Numbered from the stretch's first letter, positions 1 to 10,313 are shown. The stretch is DNA of 64,000 bases from an uncultured bacterium (GCA_964010765.1 CAXGMD010000002.1:32001-96000); one strand, 5' to 3'. The notes: generated by a model not told the origin, from the letters alone. Numbers and translations: made by a program.

Positions 1-713
1 ATTTTACTGCTAGCGGGAATACTTTTTAACTTTGCGAGTTGTAGCGCTGCGTCACGATATCGGGATCGCTGCTCAACCAGCAATGCGCTACGATATGCCC
101 TCAATAGTCGGCTAAAATCCACAGCATCAGGACCAGATTGGCCAAATAGTCGTTCAAGTAGGGTTTTTCCGGATGATGCTTTGGAAGCTTCGTCCATTAA
201 AGCGGCTACATCCTTGGAGTATTGAACCGATGGAGCAGCCAACTGGCCAATTGTCAGTGGGTAGATCACTAAAATTGTTTCATCACTGCAGCGTAAAATC
301 TCTGGTGGTGGCAGTGGTATATCGATTCTACTTGATGTGCGGATTCGTTGAGTCGATTCTTCTATGAAATTCTCATTGCCATCGCTGAGTTTCAGTTCCA
401 TCTGATTGCTAGTCATCGACTCGATTCTGAGAAAAATAGCTTCAGCAATTCGTTCTTGTGCCCTTCGAATTGCCTCCTCAGTATCGGCACCTCTGCCAGC
501 AATTTCCTGCGGCCACTCTTCCAAGGCATTTAACACCAAACGTTCTCCCCTTGGAGGCATCGATTGCTGCAATTGAGATTGTCTAAAGTCACAGTCAGTT
601 GACTGAGCAAATGCATTTTCTTCAGCAAAAATGAATGTGATGACGCAAGCCGTCGCGATCGAAGGGATTAAAGAATTCAAGATTTTTTTGAATGAATTGA
701 ATTGATTCGCCAT
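1..713 (-). CDS. Exported hypothetical protein, runs off the window start; possible LPP20-like domain
   Basis: Translated by hand (absent from the ORF track because no stop lies in the window): ATG at 713, MANQFNSFKKILNSLIPSIATACVITFIFAEENAFAQ..., open to position 1. Signal-peptide-like N-terminus ending AFA-Q; the segment EEAIRRAQERIAEAIFLRIES...QRIRTSSRIDI loosely resembles LPP20-type domains. Confidence 0.6.
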   Translation of the reverse strand, partial: MANQFNSFKKILNSLIPSIATACVITFIFAEENAFAQSTDCDFRQSQLQQSMPPRGERLVLNALEEWPQEIAGRGADTEEAIRRAQERIAEAIFLRIESMTSNQMELKLSDGNENFIEESTQRIRTSSRIDIPLPPPEILRCSDETILVIYPLTIGQLAAPSVQYSKDVAALMDEASKASSGKTLLERLFGQSGPDAVDFSRLLRAYRSALLVEQRSRYRDAALQLAKLKSIPASSK

Positions 714-741
714 TTTGCAGAGAAAATTGGTTAGGGTTCTC

Positions 742-1734
742 CTATGAAGCTGCAGACTCATCTACTGTGGGCTCAGCATAGGCTTGCATGTCTGGTCCAA
801 GCGGTACTACTCGACTGGGGTTTATTGTTTCATGACTGAAGTAATAGTGTTGTTGAATTTGCCAGAGGTCGACTGTCTCAAGAATTCCTGGGTAATGTAA
901 TAATCTTCGAGTGTAGCCAAACAAACGCGGATAGTCTTTTATCCTACGTCGGTTGCATTTGAAATGGCCGTGATAGACCGGATCAAACCTGATCAGTGTT
1001 GGGAATAAGCGCCAGTCAGCTTCAGTGAGTTTGCTTCCACAAAGGTAAGTATTGTCCGCCAAGTGCTCTTCAATGCGGTCCAGTGTTTCAAAAAGTTCGA
1101 CGAAGGACTCTGCGTAAGCATTCTGAGTGGTCGCAAATCCACACCTGTAGACTCCGTTATTGAAAGTTCGATAAATTAAATCATTCCACTGATCGATTTC
1201 ATGTTGATGCTCAATCGGGTAGTAGTCCTCATGATTCCCAGTCAAATCATTGAAAGAAGAATTGAACATTCGAATAATTTCAGAGGATTCGTTGCTGACA
1301 ATCTGCTCGGTCTCTTTATCCCATAAAACTGGAACAGTGACCCGCCCAGTGTATTCAGGATCACATTTCGTATAGAGACGGTGCATATAAGGCAATTCGT
1401 ATAGATGATCGATAAATCTGTAATCCTCAGCTGCCTTCCGAAACTCCCAACCACTCTGAAGCATATGGGGATGAACAACTGAAACCCCAATCAAATCCAC
1501 CAAGCCTTTTAATTGTCGAAAAATCAAAGTTCGATGGGCCCACGGACATGCACCTGAAACGTAGAGATGATACCTTCCTGGCCGGGCTGGAAAACCTTTT
1601 GATTCGTTGGATCCACTTCTCCCATCACTGGTAACCCAATTTCGGAATTGAGCATCCTCCCGTATGAAGTGACCTCTGTTAGATTTAGTTTCGTACCATT
1701 GGTCATGCCATTGTCCGTTGATCAGAAGCCCCAT
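742..1734 (-). CDS. yqjG: Glutathionyl-hydroquinone reductase (GST Xi/omega class)
   Basis: MGLLINGQW start, RYHLYVSGACPWAHR (CPWA motif), VTVPVLWDK, IVSNESSEIIRMFN, NNGVYRCGFATTQ, RFDPVYHGHFKCN. Confidence 0.92.
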   Translation of the reverse strand: MGLLINGQWHDQWYETKSNRGHFIREDAQFRNWVTSDGRSGSNESKGFPARPGRYHLYVSGACPWAHRTLIFRQLKGLVDLIGVSVVHPHMLQSGWEFRKAAEDYRFIDHLYELPYMHRLYTKCDPEYTGRVTVPVLWDKETEQIVSNESSEIIRMFNSSFNDLTGNHEDYYPIEHQHEIDQWNDLIYRTFNNGVYRCGFATTQNAYAESFVELFETLDRIEEHLADNTYLCGSKLTEADWRLFPTLIRFDPVYHGHFKCNRRRIKDYPRLFGYTRRLLHYPGILETVDLWQIQQHYYFSHETINPSRVVPLGPDMQAYAEPTVDESAAS

Positions 1735-1940
1735 TTTGCCCTAGATTTAGATTGGGAATTTGTTAGTTGCTCTTTTAAAGTTCCACAAGATCACGGTGCC
1801 AGATTGGCGGTATCGGGGCAAGTGCTTTGGCAGGAAAAAGGATTTCCTAGAAGAAATCCTGGGTAGAAGATGCCTATCTAGATGAATCAATCCTATAGAA
1901 GTTTGCTCGTCATCATCACAAAAAATTAAGGTTTAAAAAC

Positions 1941-2165
1941 ATGGATCGATCAAAACTCTTCGAATGGTTGGGTGTGATCACTGCCATATTATATTCGCTC
2001 TTAGTGGCTTTGAATATTGGTGCTGAATTCGTTGGGTTTTCATTGTTATTGATTTCTTCATTCTTGATTGGCGTCTGGGCGTATTGGGGAGGCCATCGAG
2101 GAATCTTAATACTCCAATTGTTCTACGCTTCAGCTGGAATAATTGGAATGTTTCGATGGTTCTGA
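1941..2165 (+). CDS. Small membrane protein with about 3 TM helices (74 aa)
   Basis: ATG after AAGG and an A-rich spacer; three hydrophobic segments; fills the intergenic gap. Confidence 0.7.
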   Translation: MDRSKLFEWLGVITAILYSLLVALNIGAEFVGFSLLLISSFLIGVWAYWGGHRGILILQLFYASAGIIGMFRWF

Positions 2166-2220
2166 AAACGAAGGTAGGGAAGGTTTTGGAAAGAAAGTTT
2201 GATTCAAATGAAAAGTCTGG

Positions 2221-3399
2221 TTAAAAGGCCACTTTCCTATAAATTGTTTCTGCTAAGCGTAATCTGATTGTGAACGTGGTGCCCATCCCAAGTGAACTTT
2301 TCACAGCTATTTGTCCATTATGTTCTTCAATGATGTTCTTGGCGATTGAAAGGCCAAGTCCTGTTCCTTGACCCCGTTCTTTTGTAGTAAAGAATGGACT
2401 AAAAATACTGGATACAGTGGTTTCATTCATGCCAAGGCCATTATCGATAACTTCTATTTTTGCGAATTGATCTTCCGCATAAAAGTTTAACGCCAAAGAT
2501 GGATTGGGTGTATTCGTCAGCGCGTCAACCGCATTGTTGCATAGAATCAGGAGGACCTGCTCAAGTTGGCCCCTGTTTGACCTGATCAATGGCAATTGCT
2601 TTGGCAAATCTACCATCATCTTGATTCCCCTATCTTTTAGGGTTGGCCCAATCAATGATCTAACACCCTTAAGAACTTCCCCCGCATCACAAGGCCCCAA
2701 TCCAGGTTTTCCCCCATGAGTCATTTCCTGCATAAGTTTTAACCTATTGAGTAATTCCTCAGTGACATTTGTCATTGATGAAATATGTTCACCAAGTTCT
2801 TTTTCTCCTAGTTTGTTTAGTTGATGCAGGATGTTCAGATTCTGCAGCTGTGCCATTAAGACGCTCAAGGGTGTATGGAGTTCGTGCGCTAAGGATGCAC
2901 TGGCTTCTCCAATCGTTGCTAATCGATTTGATGATTTTACGGCTTCATGCGCGTTGGCTAATTCTTTGAGCAATGTATCCGTCGCTTCCAGTTCCTTTTC
3001 TTTCAGTGCAGTAACATCAGAAACAATCCCAAGGAATTCAAAAGGTTTTGCTTCAAAATCGAAGCTAAATTCCGCAACTGCACGAAGCCAGATAATAGAT
3101 CTCACAGGATGATGAAAACGAAACTCCAAATCTCTCTTTGAAGATCCATCTTCCGGATTCATAAATTGTTTGAATTTCTGGAGGTCGTCTGAGTGAACAA
3201 GCTGTAGCCATCCGTCCAAAGTTATCTGATGACTTTTTGGGAAGCCAAGGAGTTCAAGAGTTGCAGGGGTGCAAAACAGCTTATTGGTGCGGAGGTTTAA
3301 TTTCCAACTCCCCATTTGCAAGAGTTGAAACCAAGTCTCAATTGGAAGATTTGGGGCCGATTCATCAAAGTTTTCTGGTCGATCAACTTTTGATTTCAT
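2221..3399 (-). CDS. Cytoplasmic PAS-domain sensor histidine kinase (NtrB-like)
   Basis: PAS_3-like N-terminus (LVHSDD...EFRFHHP...WLR), H-box AHELHTPL, N-box NNAVDA, G1 DNGLGM, F-box PFFTTK, G2 GTGLGLSI. Confidence 0.9.
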   Translation of the reverse strand: MKSKVDRPENFDESAPNLPIETWFQLLQMGSWKLNLRTNKLFCTPATLELLGFPKSHQITLDGWLQLVHSDDLQKFKQFMNPEDGSSKRDLEFRFHHPVRSIIWLRAVAEFSFDFEAKPFEFLGIVSDVTALKEKELEATDTLLKELANAHEAVKSSNRLATIGEASASLAHELHTPLSVLMAQLQNLNILHQLNKLGEKELGEHISSMTNVTEELLNRLKLMQEMTHGGKPGLGPCDAGEVLKGVRSLIGPTLKDRGIKMMVDLPKQLPLIRSNRGQLEQVLLILCNNAVDALTNTPNPSLALNFYAEDQFAKIEVIDNGLGMNETTVSSIFSPFFTTKERGQGTGLGLSIAKNIIEEHNGQIAVKSSLGMGTTFTIRLRLAETIYRKVAF

Positions 3400-3511
3400 T
3401 ATTACTGTTGGGGCGATTTTAAATCATAAAGTCTCATCTTTAAAGTTGTAATAACGAACCTTGTTGTCAGTCAAGACAAAATTAGATAAATTTGTCACTA
3501 TTATGAAACTT

Positions 3512-5041
3512 TTATTTCTGAAAAGCTGAAAAATTTCTTTCGATTCTTCCATCAGGTAAAAAAATTGTTGCGCTGACGCAGTCTAATTTATCCTCAATCT
3601 GGTGGCTGATGTAAAGAATTTGTGTGGTCTTTGATTTACCCAATAAATTAATCTTCTTAATTAATTCTGCTCTTTGATAAGGATCAAGCCCTTGGCAGGG
3701 TTCATCTAGTAATAGAATTTCTGGGGATTTGACCATCGCACGGGCCAATAAAAACAATCGTTGTTGGCCATAGGAAATGTTCAAGAAGGAATTTTCCGCG
3801 ATTTCAAAAAGATCAAATTGGGTTAACCACTTTTCAGCCGTTTCTTTTTGTTTTTCAGAAATAGCTCCATAAAAGCCAATCGAGTCATTGAAGCCAGAGT
3901 AAACAACTTTCCGGCCAGTAACTTTTTTACGATAGTTCATCTGCAGTTCGGGAGTAACCATTCCAATTCGTTTGCGCAGATCCCAAATGTTCTCACCAGA
4001 ACCTCTGCGTTTTCCAAAAATCCAAACCTTGTTGCTGTAAGCTTGTGGGTGTTCCCCTACTATCAACTTTACAAGAGTTGACTTCCCCGAACCATTTGGC
4101 CCAGCAACCTGCCAATGCTCTCCCGGTGGCCATGTCCAAGAAAAATCTTCAAACACCGTGTGACCCTGAAAATAGAGATGCACATTTTCCATTTCAATGG
4201 GTGGCACTGAGGAATCTTCGATTTTTCTAGATTCAGAAACAATAATCTCGCTTTTGAAATTACCTGTGTCTGAGGCCTTGATTTCACTTTTGTAAAGTTT
4301 CTTCAAGTTTGCTTCAGTAAGGACAGCAGAACGCCCCCCTGAAAATTCCATTTTCCCATGCCGCAAACCCATCACATCAGTGATTTCTGGGATCAATTCA
4401 TCCTGACGATGACTCACCAGAATAAGTGATAATTTGGAGTGTTGGACTAACTCTCGGAGCAATGATTTAAAATCCTTGCTGGAATTCTGGTCCAAACCGT
4501 CAAATGGTTCGTCCAGCATCAATAGCTTTGGGAATCGGATCAGGGATTTGAAGAGTAAGAATTTTCGCCATTCCCCATTGGATAATCCACGGATGGGACG
4601 ATCTACTTTTGAGTCCAATTGCATAAGGACAAGCAAGTCCTTACTTTCCTTTTCAGCGAGCATATACTCAGAGAACATGCTTCGAATGGTTTGTTGCTCT
4701 TGCTCCCTTCCACTATACTCTTCCCATCGATCCTTCAGTTTCTCCTGTGCAAGTAGACTCAAAGGTTGATTGAGGTGAACCCAGCCAAGGTGAGTTACGC
4801 CCTGCAATTCAGGATGTCGACGCAATTTTCCCTCACAATAAGCGATTTGTTGGGCCAAAACCCGCAGCATTGTAGACTTCCCTGCCCCGTTTCCGCCCAA
4901 GATTGCCCAATGCTCGCTTTTCGCAAAAGTCCAATCAACTTTTTCCAAAACAATTCTGCCCTGTAGACGAACAGCAATACCTTTCATCTCAAACCAATTG
5001 ATGCTGTCATCTGCTAAATCAGGCATTTTTAGAAACTCCAC
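3512..5041 (-). CDS. ModF-like ABC ATP-binding protein with two ATPase domains
   Basis: Two Walker A motifs (GGNGAGKST, GPNGSGKST), signatures LSNGE and ISYGQ, Walker B LDEP twice, and the ModF-typical HPQAYSN...FGKRRGSGENIWDLRKRIG. Start codon uncertain. Confidence 0.8.
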   Translation of the reverse strand: MEFLKMPDLADDSINWFEMKGIAVRLQGRIVLEKVDWTFAKSEHWAILGGNGAGKSTMLRVLAQQIAYCEGKLRRHPELQGVTHLGWVHLNQPLSLLAQEKLKDRWEEYSGREQEQQTIRSMFSEYMLAEKESKDLLVLMQLDSKVDRPIRGLSNGEWRKFLLFKSLIRFPKLLMLDEPFDGLDQNSSKDFKSLLRELVQHSKLSLILVSHRQDELIPEITDVMGLRHGKMEFSGGRSAVLTEANLKKLYKSEIKASDTGNFKSEIIVSESRKIEDSSVPPIEMENVHLYFQGHTVFEDFSWTWPPGEHWQVAGPNGSGKSTLVKLIVGEHPQAYSNKVWIFGKRRGSGENIWDLRKRIGMVTPELQMNYRKKVTGRKVVYSGFNDSIGFYGAISEKQKETAEKWLTQFDLFEIAENSFLNISYGQQRLFLLARAMVKSPEILLLDEPCQGLDPYQRAELIKKINLLGKSKTTQILYISHQIEDKLDCVSATIFLPDGRIERNFSAFQK

Positions 5042-5282
5042 AAAGAAGATTAATCAAGAATCTGTTTGAATTAGTTATTGCAAAAAATCCCCGGCAATCA
5101 AATTCAGTGTTGATTTTTGGCAAGGCCCTGCCCCATAATCACGCCGAATTTTTCAGGACGCAAATATTTTTAAAAATTTGATGACATCAGCAATCAGACC
5201 TTTGATCTTTGTTCTTGATAAATTCAGCAATTCACTTTGCATCGGTACCTGTATGCATCCAATCACAACAAGGGGGTAAGAT

Positions 5283-6254
5283 ATGAACTTAAACGAAACA
5301 CAACTACTGCAAGCGTACCGCAAGATGCGTCAGATCCGCGATTTTGAGGATCGAGTCCATGAGGAGTTTGCCACTGGGATTATTCCTGGGTTTGTCCATC
5401 TTTACGCTGGTGAGGAAGCCTCTGCAGTTGGCTTCTGCATGCACCTCAATGACGAAGACCGCATTGCCAGCACTCATAGAGGCCATGGTCACTGCATCGC
5501 CAAGGGGGTAGAGATCAACGGGATGATGTCGGAGATCTTCGGTCGCCGCAATGGCACCTGTGCCGGCAAAGGTGGTTCGATGCATATCGCAGACTTGGAA
5601 AAGGGGATGATGGGGGCCAATGGGATCGTCGGTGCGGGGCCTCCCTTGATCTGTGGAGCGGGCCTAGCAGCCAAGTTCCGCAAGAACGGTGGGGTGGCGA
5701 TCGCCTTTGTAGGCGATGGAGGCTCCAACCAGGGAACGACGATGGAGTCATTGAATCTGGCTTCTGTCTGGAATCTGCCCTGTATCTTTGTGGCTGAGAA
5801 CAACGGCTATGCAGAGGCGACGTCGAGTAAATGGTCGGTTTCCTGTGAGAACATTGCCGACCGTGCGGCAGCCTTTGGGATGCCGGGGGTGGTTGTGGAT
5901 GGGCATGATTTCTTTGCGGTCTATGAGGTAGCTGGCGAAGCGATCAAACGCGCCCGTGAAGGAGGAGGCCCAACATTAGTGGAGTGCAAGATCAACCGCT
6001 ACTACGGTCACTTTGAAGGAGATGCCCAGACGTACCGAACGATTGATGAGGTAAAAAATATCAAGGAGAACAAGGACTGCCTGATGCTCTTTGCCAAGCG
6101 GGTGACCGAGCAGGGTTTGTTGACCCAGGCGCAGTTGGACGCCATTGACAAGGAGGTTGCCGCAGAGATTGAAGCTTCAGTCGTTCATGCGAAGTCTTCA
6201 GCGAAGCCGACAGAGGTAGACCTGCTGACAGACGTATATGTCAGTTATCCTTGA
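5283..6254 (+). CDS. acoA: Acetoin dehydrogenase E1 alpha (TPP-dependent), copy 1
   Basis: GFVHLYAGEEA, STHRGHGH, GKGGSMH, TPP motif GDGGSNQG...ENNGY, RYYGHFEGDAQTYR; RBS GGGGG upstream. Confidence 0.9.
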   Translation: MNLNETQLLQAYRKMRQIRDFEDRVHEEFATGIIPGFVHLYAGEEASAVGFCMHLNDEDRIASTHRGHGHCIAKGVEINGMMSEIFGRRNGTCAGKGGSMHIADLEKGMMGANGIVGAGPPLICGAGLAAKFRKNGGVAIAFVGDGGSNQGTTMESLNLASVWNLPCIFVAENNGYAEATSSKWSVSCENIADRAAAFGMPGVVVDGHDFFAVYEVAGEAIKRAREGGGPTLVECKINRYYGHFEGDAQTYRTIDEVKNIKENKDCLMLFAKRVTEQGLLTQAQLDAIDKEVAAEIEASVVHAKSSAKPTEVDLLTDVYVSYP

Positions 6255-7277
6255 TTGACTCACCCACAAACCAGAGGAGTTAGAGATGGCCAGAATGATT
6301 ACATTCAAGCAATCCATCAATGAGGCCTTGGCCCAGGAGATGGCTCGCGATGAGACAGTGATTGCAATGGGGGAAGATATTGTTGGAGGTATGGGGGGCG
6401 ATGGAGAGATGGACGCCTGGGGTGGAGTGTTTGGCTTCACGAAGGGTCTTCATGGCCAGTTTGGAGACCGCGTGATGGACACGCCAATTACGGAGTCAGC
6501 CTTCATTGGTGCAGCCGCGGGGGCAGCAGCCTGTGGGATGCGTCCGGTGGCGGAGTTGATGTTCATCGACTTCATGGGGGTTTGTTTTGACCAGATCTTC
6601 AACCAGGCGGCGAAGTTCAAGTACATGTTTGGGGGCAAAGCAGAAACACCGATGGTGGTTCGGACGATGATTGGGGGAGGTCTTCGTGCAGCTTCCCAAC
6701 ATTCGCAGTGTCTGTATCCGATCTTTACCCACATTCCTGGTTTGAAGGTGGTGATACCTTCAAATCCATATGATGCGAAGGGTTTGTTGATCCAGGCGAT
6801 CCGGGACAATGATCCGGTGATTTTCTGTGAGCACAAGTCGTTGCACCAGTTGGAGGGAGATGTTCCTGAGACACCGTATGCGATCCCGTTCAACGAAGCG
6901 AATGTGGTACGAGAGGGAGGGGATGTGACAATCGTGGCGATTGGCTTCATGGTGCACCGAGCCATGGAAGCAGCGACAGCATTGGCGAAGGAGGGGATTC
7001 AGTGTGAGGTAATTGATCCACGGACGACTTCGCCGTTGGATTTGGAGACGATCATTGAGAGTGTGGAGAACACGGGTCGCTTGGTGGTGGTGGATGAGTC
7101 GAATCCGCGCTGCAGCATGGCTGCAGACATCAGTGCGCAGGTGACGGAACAGGCCTTTGGTTCATTGAAGGGTCCGGTGAGGATGGTGACGGCACCGCAT
7201 TGTCCACCGCCATTTTCGGATGTGTTGGAGGATCTCTACATGCCAAGTGCAGAGAAAATCGCTGAGGCTGTCAGGTC
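5308..7277 (+). repeat. ~1970 bp direct repeat, copy 1 (acoAB core)
   Basis: Matches 18854-20823 at offset 13546. Proteins and off-frame ORFs in the track are identical in both copies; the boundaries were read by eye. Confidence 0.9.
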
Positions 7278-7287
7278 GCTCAAGTGA
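6286..7287 (+). CDS. acoB: Acetoin dehydrogenase E1 beta, copy 1
   Basis: DAWGGVFG (AcoB-type insertion), DTPITE, RPVAELMF, NQAAKFKYMFGGKA, SQHSQ; RBS GAGGAG. Confidence 0.9.
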   Translation: MARMITFKQSINEALAQEMARDETVIAMGEDIVGGMGGDGEMDAWGGVFGFTKGLHGQFGDRVMDTPITESAFIGAAAGAAACGMRPVAELMFIDFMGVCFDQIFNQAAKFKYMFGGKAETPMVVRTMIGGGLRAASQHSQCLYPIFTHIPGLKVVIPSNPYDAKGLLIQAIRDNDPVIFCEHKSLHQLEGDVPETPYAIPFNEANVVREGGDVTIVAIGFMVHRAMEAATALAKEGIQCEVIDPRTTSPLDLETIIESVENTGRLVVVDESNPRCSMAADISAQVTEQAFGSLKGPVRMVTAPHCPPPFSDVLEDLYMPSAEKIAEAVRSLK

Positions 7288-8330
7288 GACTTCAAGATCC
7301 GCCCAAAGAGGTGAGCCGGCCAATTCGTGTCGGAATTCTGGCAAACCCAGCCTCTGGGCGGGATATTCGAAGAGTCATTTCCAAAGCTTCTGTCTTCCCG
7401 ACAGCTGAAAAGTGCAACATGATCCAACGGTTGTTGGGTGCACTGACAGTTTGTGGGGTAGATGAAGCTTGGATGATGCCGGATAAGGGAGGCATAGCTA
7501 CTGTCATTAAGCGGTTCGGTAAGACTCCTGAGGGGAAACGATTGCTGCCTGTTCAATTTACGGATACAGCCATCATGGAGATCCCTGAGGATACCAGATT
7601 ATCTGTCCGTGCAATGGTAGCAGCTGGTATTCGCGCAATCATAGTTCTAGGGGGGGATGGCACCCATCGACTAGTTGCTGAGGAATGTGGAGACATCCCA
7701 ATGGCAACACTCTCAACGGGGACAAACAACAGTTTTCCAGAATTGAGGGAAGCTACCCTCAGTGGTTTGGCGGCAGGTTTGGTTGCGACCGAGAGGTTAA
7801 ATTCAGACGATGTCACCAGAAGAGAGAAGAGGCTGTTGGTTGAAGTCAATGGCGAAACAAGGGGTATGGCTCTAGTAGATGCCTGCATTAGTGCAGATAT
7901 GTTTGTAGCTGCGAAAGCAGTTTGGCAAGTTGAGCAACTCAGAGAACTGTATGTAACTTTTGCGTCAAGCGAGGCAATCGGACTTTCTTCGATCGCTTCG
8001 TTGGTACACCCCGTTGGGCGGGATCAAGATCATGGACTAGGAGTACAAATGGATCCAGTCGCTACCCAAAAGGTTATGGCTCCGATTGCACCAGGTTTGT
8101 TCGCTCAACTTGGGATTCAAAGATGGGACGAACTTCAACTTGGAAGCTCCTGGGCTCCATCCATCGACCGAGGGGTGATTGCGCTAGATGGAGAAAGAGA
8201 AATTGAGTTCAGAGCTGTTGATAAGGTCCGATTAAGTTTGGATCGTCTTGGGCCCAGAGTAATTGATGTCAGCAAGGCTTTAGGTGCTGCAGCTAAGAAT
8301 GGGATCATGCTATCTGATTCAAATGAATAG
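7284..8330 (+). CDS. acoX: Acetoin catabolism protein X (ATP-NAD kinase-like family)
   Basis: GILANPASGRDIRR, VLGGDGTHR, STGTNNSFP, GVIALDGEREI; GTG start overlaps the acoB stop (GTGA). Confidence 0.88.
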   Translation: MRLQDPPKEVSRPIRVGILANPASGRDIRRVISKASVFPTAEKCNMIQRLLGALTVCGVDEAWMMPDKGGIATVIKRFGKTPEGKRLLPVQFTDTAIMEIPEDTRLSVRAMVAAGIRAIIVLGGDGTHRLVAEECGDIPMATLSTGTNNSFPELREATLSGLAAGLVATERLNSDDVTRREKRLLVEVNGETRGMALVDACISADMFVAAKAVWQVEQLRELYVTFASSEAIGLSSIASLVHPVGRDQDHGLGVQMDPVATQKVMAPIAPGLFAQLGIQRWDELQLGSSWAPSIDRGVIALDGEREIEFRAVDKVRLSLDRLGPRVIDVSKALGAAAKNGIMLSDSNE

Positions 8331-8446
8331 TATTTGAGGGAAGGGGGCATCTGAATTGGAATTAACCGATGTCTGCAGCCTTTGAAATTTTTAGTAGGTG
8401 ATGAACTAAGGTTTCATTCACTTCTGAACTTCGGGGGGATAAAAAC

Positions 8447-9244
8447 ATGGATCTTCAATTAAATGGAAAAGTTGCTTTAATGACAGGTGCCAGCTGAGGT
8501 TTAGGCAAGGCATGCGCTGAAATGCTAGCCTCAGAGGGTTGTCATCTTTCACTTTGTGGCAGAAACAAAGCCAAACTGGAGGAGGTTGCTAACGGATTGA
8601 GGAGTGATACTATCAAGGTGTTGACCGTAGAAGCTGATCTGAGGAAGCGCGAAGAAAATGAAAAATTCGTAAATGAGTCAGTAGTTCACTTTGGCGGCAT
8701 AGACATCCTAATTAATAATGCGGGTGCGGGGCAATTGAGTGATCTTCTCAGTCACGATGAGGGTGTTATCAGAGAAAGTATGGACTTGATGTACTATGGC
8801 CCTTTGCACGCTTCCAGAGCTGCAATTCCACATTTAAGGACAAGGGGTGGAGGAAGAATCATTAATATCTCCTCCATTTTTGGAAAGCAACCTGGAGGGT
8901 TGGTTGATTATGACTCCGTCAAGGCCGCCCTGAACATGCTTACAAAGGACATGGCGAATTATCTCGCAGGAGATAAAATTCTGGTCAATGCTGTGTGTCC
9001 GGGTCCAATCAAAGGGCCACTTTGGGAAGAACCAGGGGGACTAGGAGATCAATTGGGAGGTTTTCTAGGTATGCCTGGTCCCGATGCGATTGAGGCATTC
9101 GCTAAGCAAAACATTCCTCTGGGCCATTATGGAGATCCAGAAGATGTGTCAGCATTGGTTGCTTACTTGGCATCACCACACGGGAAATTCATCACTGGCC
9201 AGGCAATCAACGTTGATGGTGGTATGGTCAAAGCATTGATTTAA
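8447..9244 (+). pseudogene. SDR family oxidoreductase interrupted by an in-frame TGA at codon 17
   Basis: RBS GGGGGG and ATG at 8447 give MDLQLNGKVALMTGAS*GLGKACAEM, with TGA at 8495-8497 inside the TGxxxGxG motif. The frame continues into the ORF-track 8522 ORF with NNAG, YDSVK (YxxxK) and GQAINVDGG. Confidence 0.8.
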
Positions 9245-9308
9245 TTTCTGAATTTTTTAAGAAAATAAATATTCAGGGTGCATCCCACACAAATAATGGA
9301 GGAATCTG

Positions 9309-10313
9309 ATGAAAAAGTTGTTGAATGATCCATACAAGTACGTTGATGAAATGTTGGTCGGAATGTGTGCGGCTCACCCTGAAATTTACAGACAGACTGG
9401 CGAAGGTGGACGGGTCATTACCCGAGCTGGGTCTCAAAGACCAGGTAAGGTTGGTATAGTCTCAGGGGGTGGTTCAGGACACTTGCCTGTGTTTACAGGC
9501 TATGTGGGCCATGGGCTTTTAGATGCTTGTGCGATTGGAGATGTATTCGCATCTCCGTCGGTCGAGCAGATGGCTGAAGCGATGAAAGTTGCTCATGCGG
9601 GTGCGGGAGTGTTGCGCCTCTACGGAAATTATGGGGGAGATGTGATGAACTTCGATATGGCTGGAGAGCAACTGGAGATGGAGGAAGATATCCAATCGAC
9701 CACTGTTCTCCTGGCAGATGATGTTTCCTCTGCTCCACCTGAGGAAGCGGAGAAACGTCGAGGTGTTGCAGGAATGGTCTACGCTTTCAAAATCGCAGGA
9801 GCTGCGGCTGAACAAATGCGATCGCTAGAGGAAGTGACCCGAATTGCCCAAGACACCGCAGATTCCTGCCGTAGTGTAGGGGCTGCATTGACTCCTTGCA
9901 CAATCCCACAAGCTGGTAAAGCAACCTTTGAGATTGCCGAGGATGAAATGGAAATGGGAATGGGTATTCATGGGGAACCTGGAGTATGGAGAGGCAAGCT
10001 CAAATCGGCAGATGAAATTGCTCTTGAGATGGTTGATCGCTTGATTGCGGATCGGGCGATTAGTTCAGGTGATCGGCTCTCAGTAATGGTTAATAGTCTC
10101 GGTGCCACACCTCCTGAAGAACTCTACATCCTCTATCGAATTGTAAAAAAGCGGATTGAAGATTTGGGAGCCACAATAGTGATGCCACTTGTCGGGCGCT
10201 ACGCAACTTCAATGGAAATGGCAGGCGTCTCTATGACATTTTGTTTCTTAAATCAGGAAAGAGAGGCATTACTTCAGGCACCTGCGCGTTGTGCTTTTTG
10301 GCAGGTAGGATGA
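9309..10313 (+). CDS. dhaK: Dihydroxyacetone/tetrulose kinase K subunit (Dak1 domain)
   Basis: SGGGSGH, GNYGGDVMNF, RRGVAG, GMGIHGEPG; RBS GGAGG. Confidence 0.85.
   Translation: MKKLLNDPYKYVDEMLVGMCAAHPEIYRQTGEGGRVITRAGSQRPGKVGIVSGGGSGHLPVFTGYVGHGLLDACAIGDVFASPSVEQMAEAMKVAHAGAGVLRLYGNYGGDVMNFDMAGEQLEMEEDIQSTTVLLADDVSSAPPEEAEKRRGVAGMVYAFKIAGAAAEQMRSLEEVTRIAQDTADSCRSVGAALTPCTIPQAGKATFEIAEDEMEMGMGIHGEPGVWRGKLKSADEIALEMVDRLIADRAISSGDRLSVMVNSLGATPPEELYILYRIVKKRIEDLGATIVMPLVGRYATSMEMAGVSMTFCFLNQEREALLQAPARCAFWQVG

Noticed and set aside
5118..5132. Possible sigma-54 promoter TGGCAAGGCCCTGC upstream of acoA copy 1
   Set aside because: GG-to-GC spacing is 9 nt rather than the required 10.
6450..6965. 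Long antisense ORFs (e.g. 171 aa here and at 19996-20511, 170 aa at 20912-21424, 164 aa at 33811-34305)
   Set aside because: Shadows of well-supported genes on the opposite strand with no motifs of their own.
8495..8497. Selenocysteine or genetic-code reassignment of TGA
   Set aside because: The position is normally Arg/Lys-like rather than Cys, no convincing SECIS follows, and TGA terminates many genes in this window.
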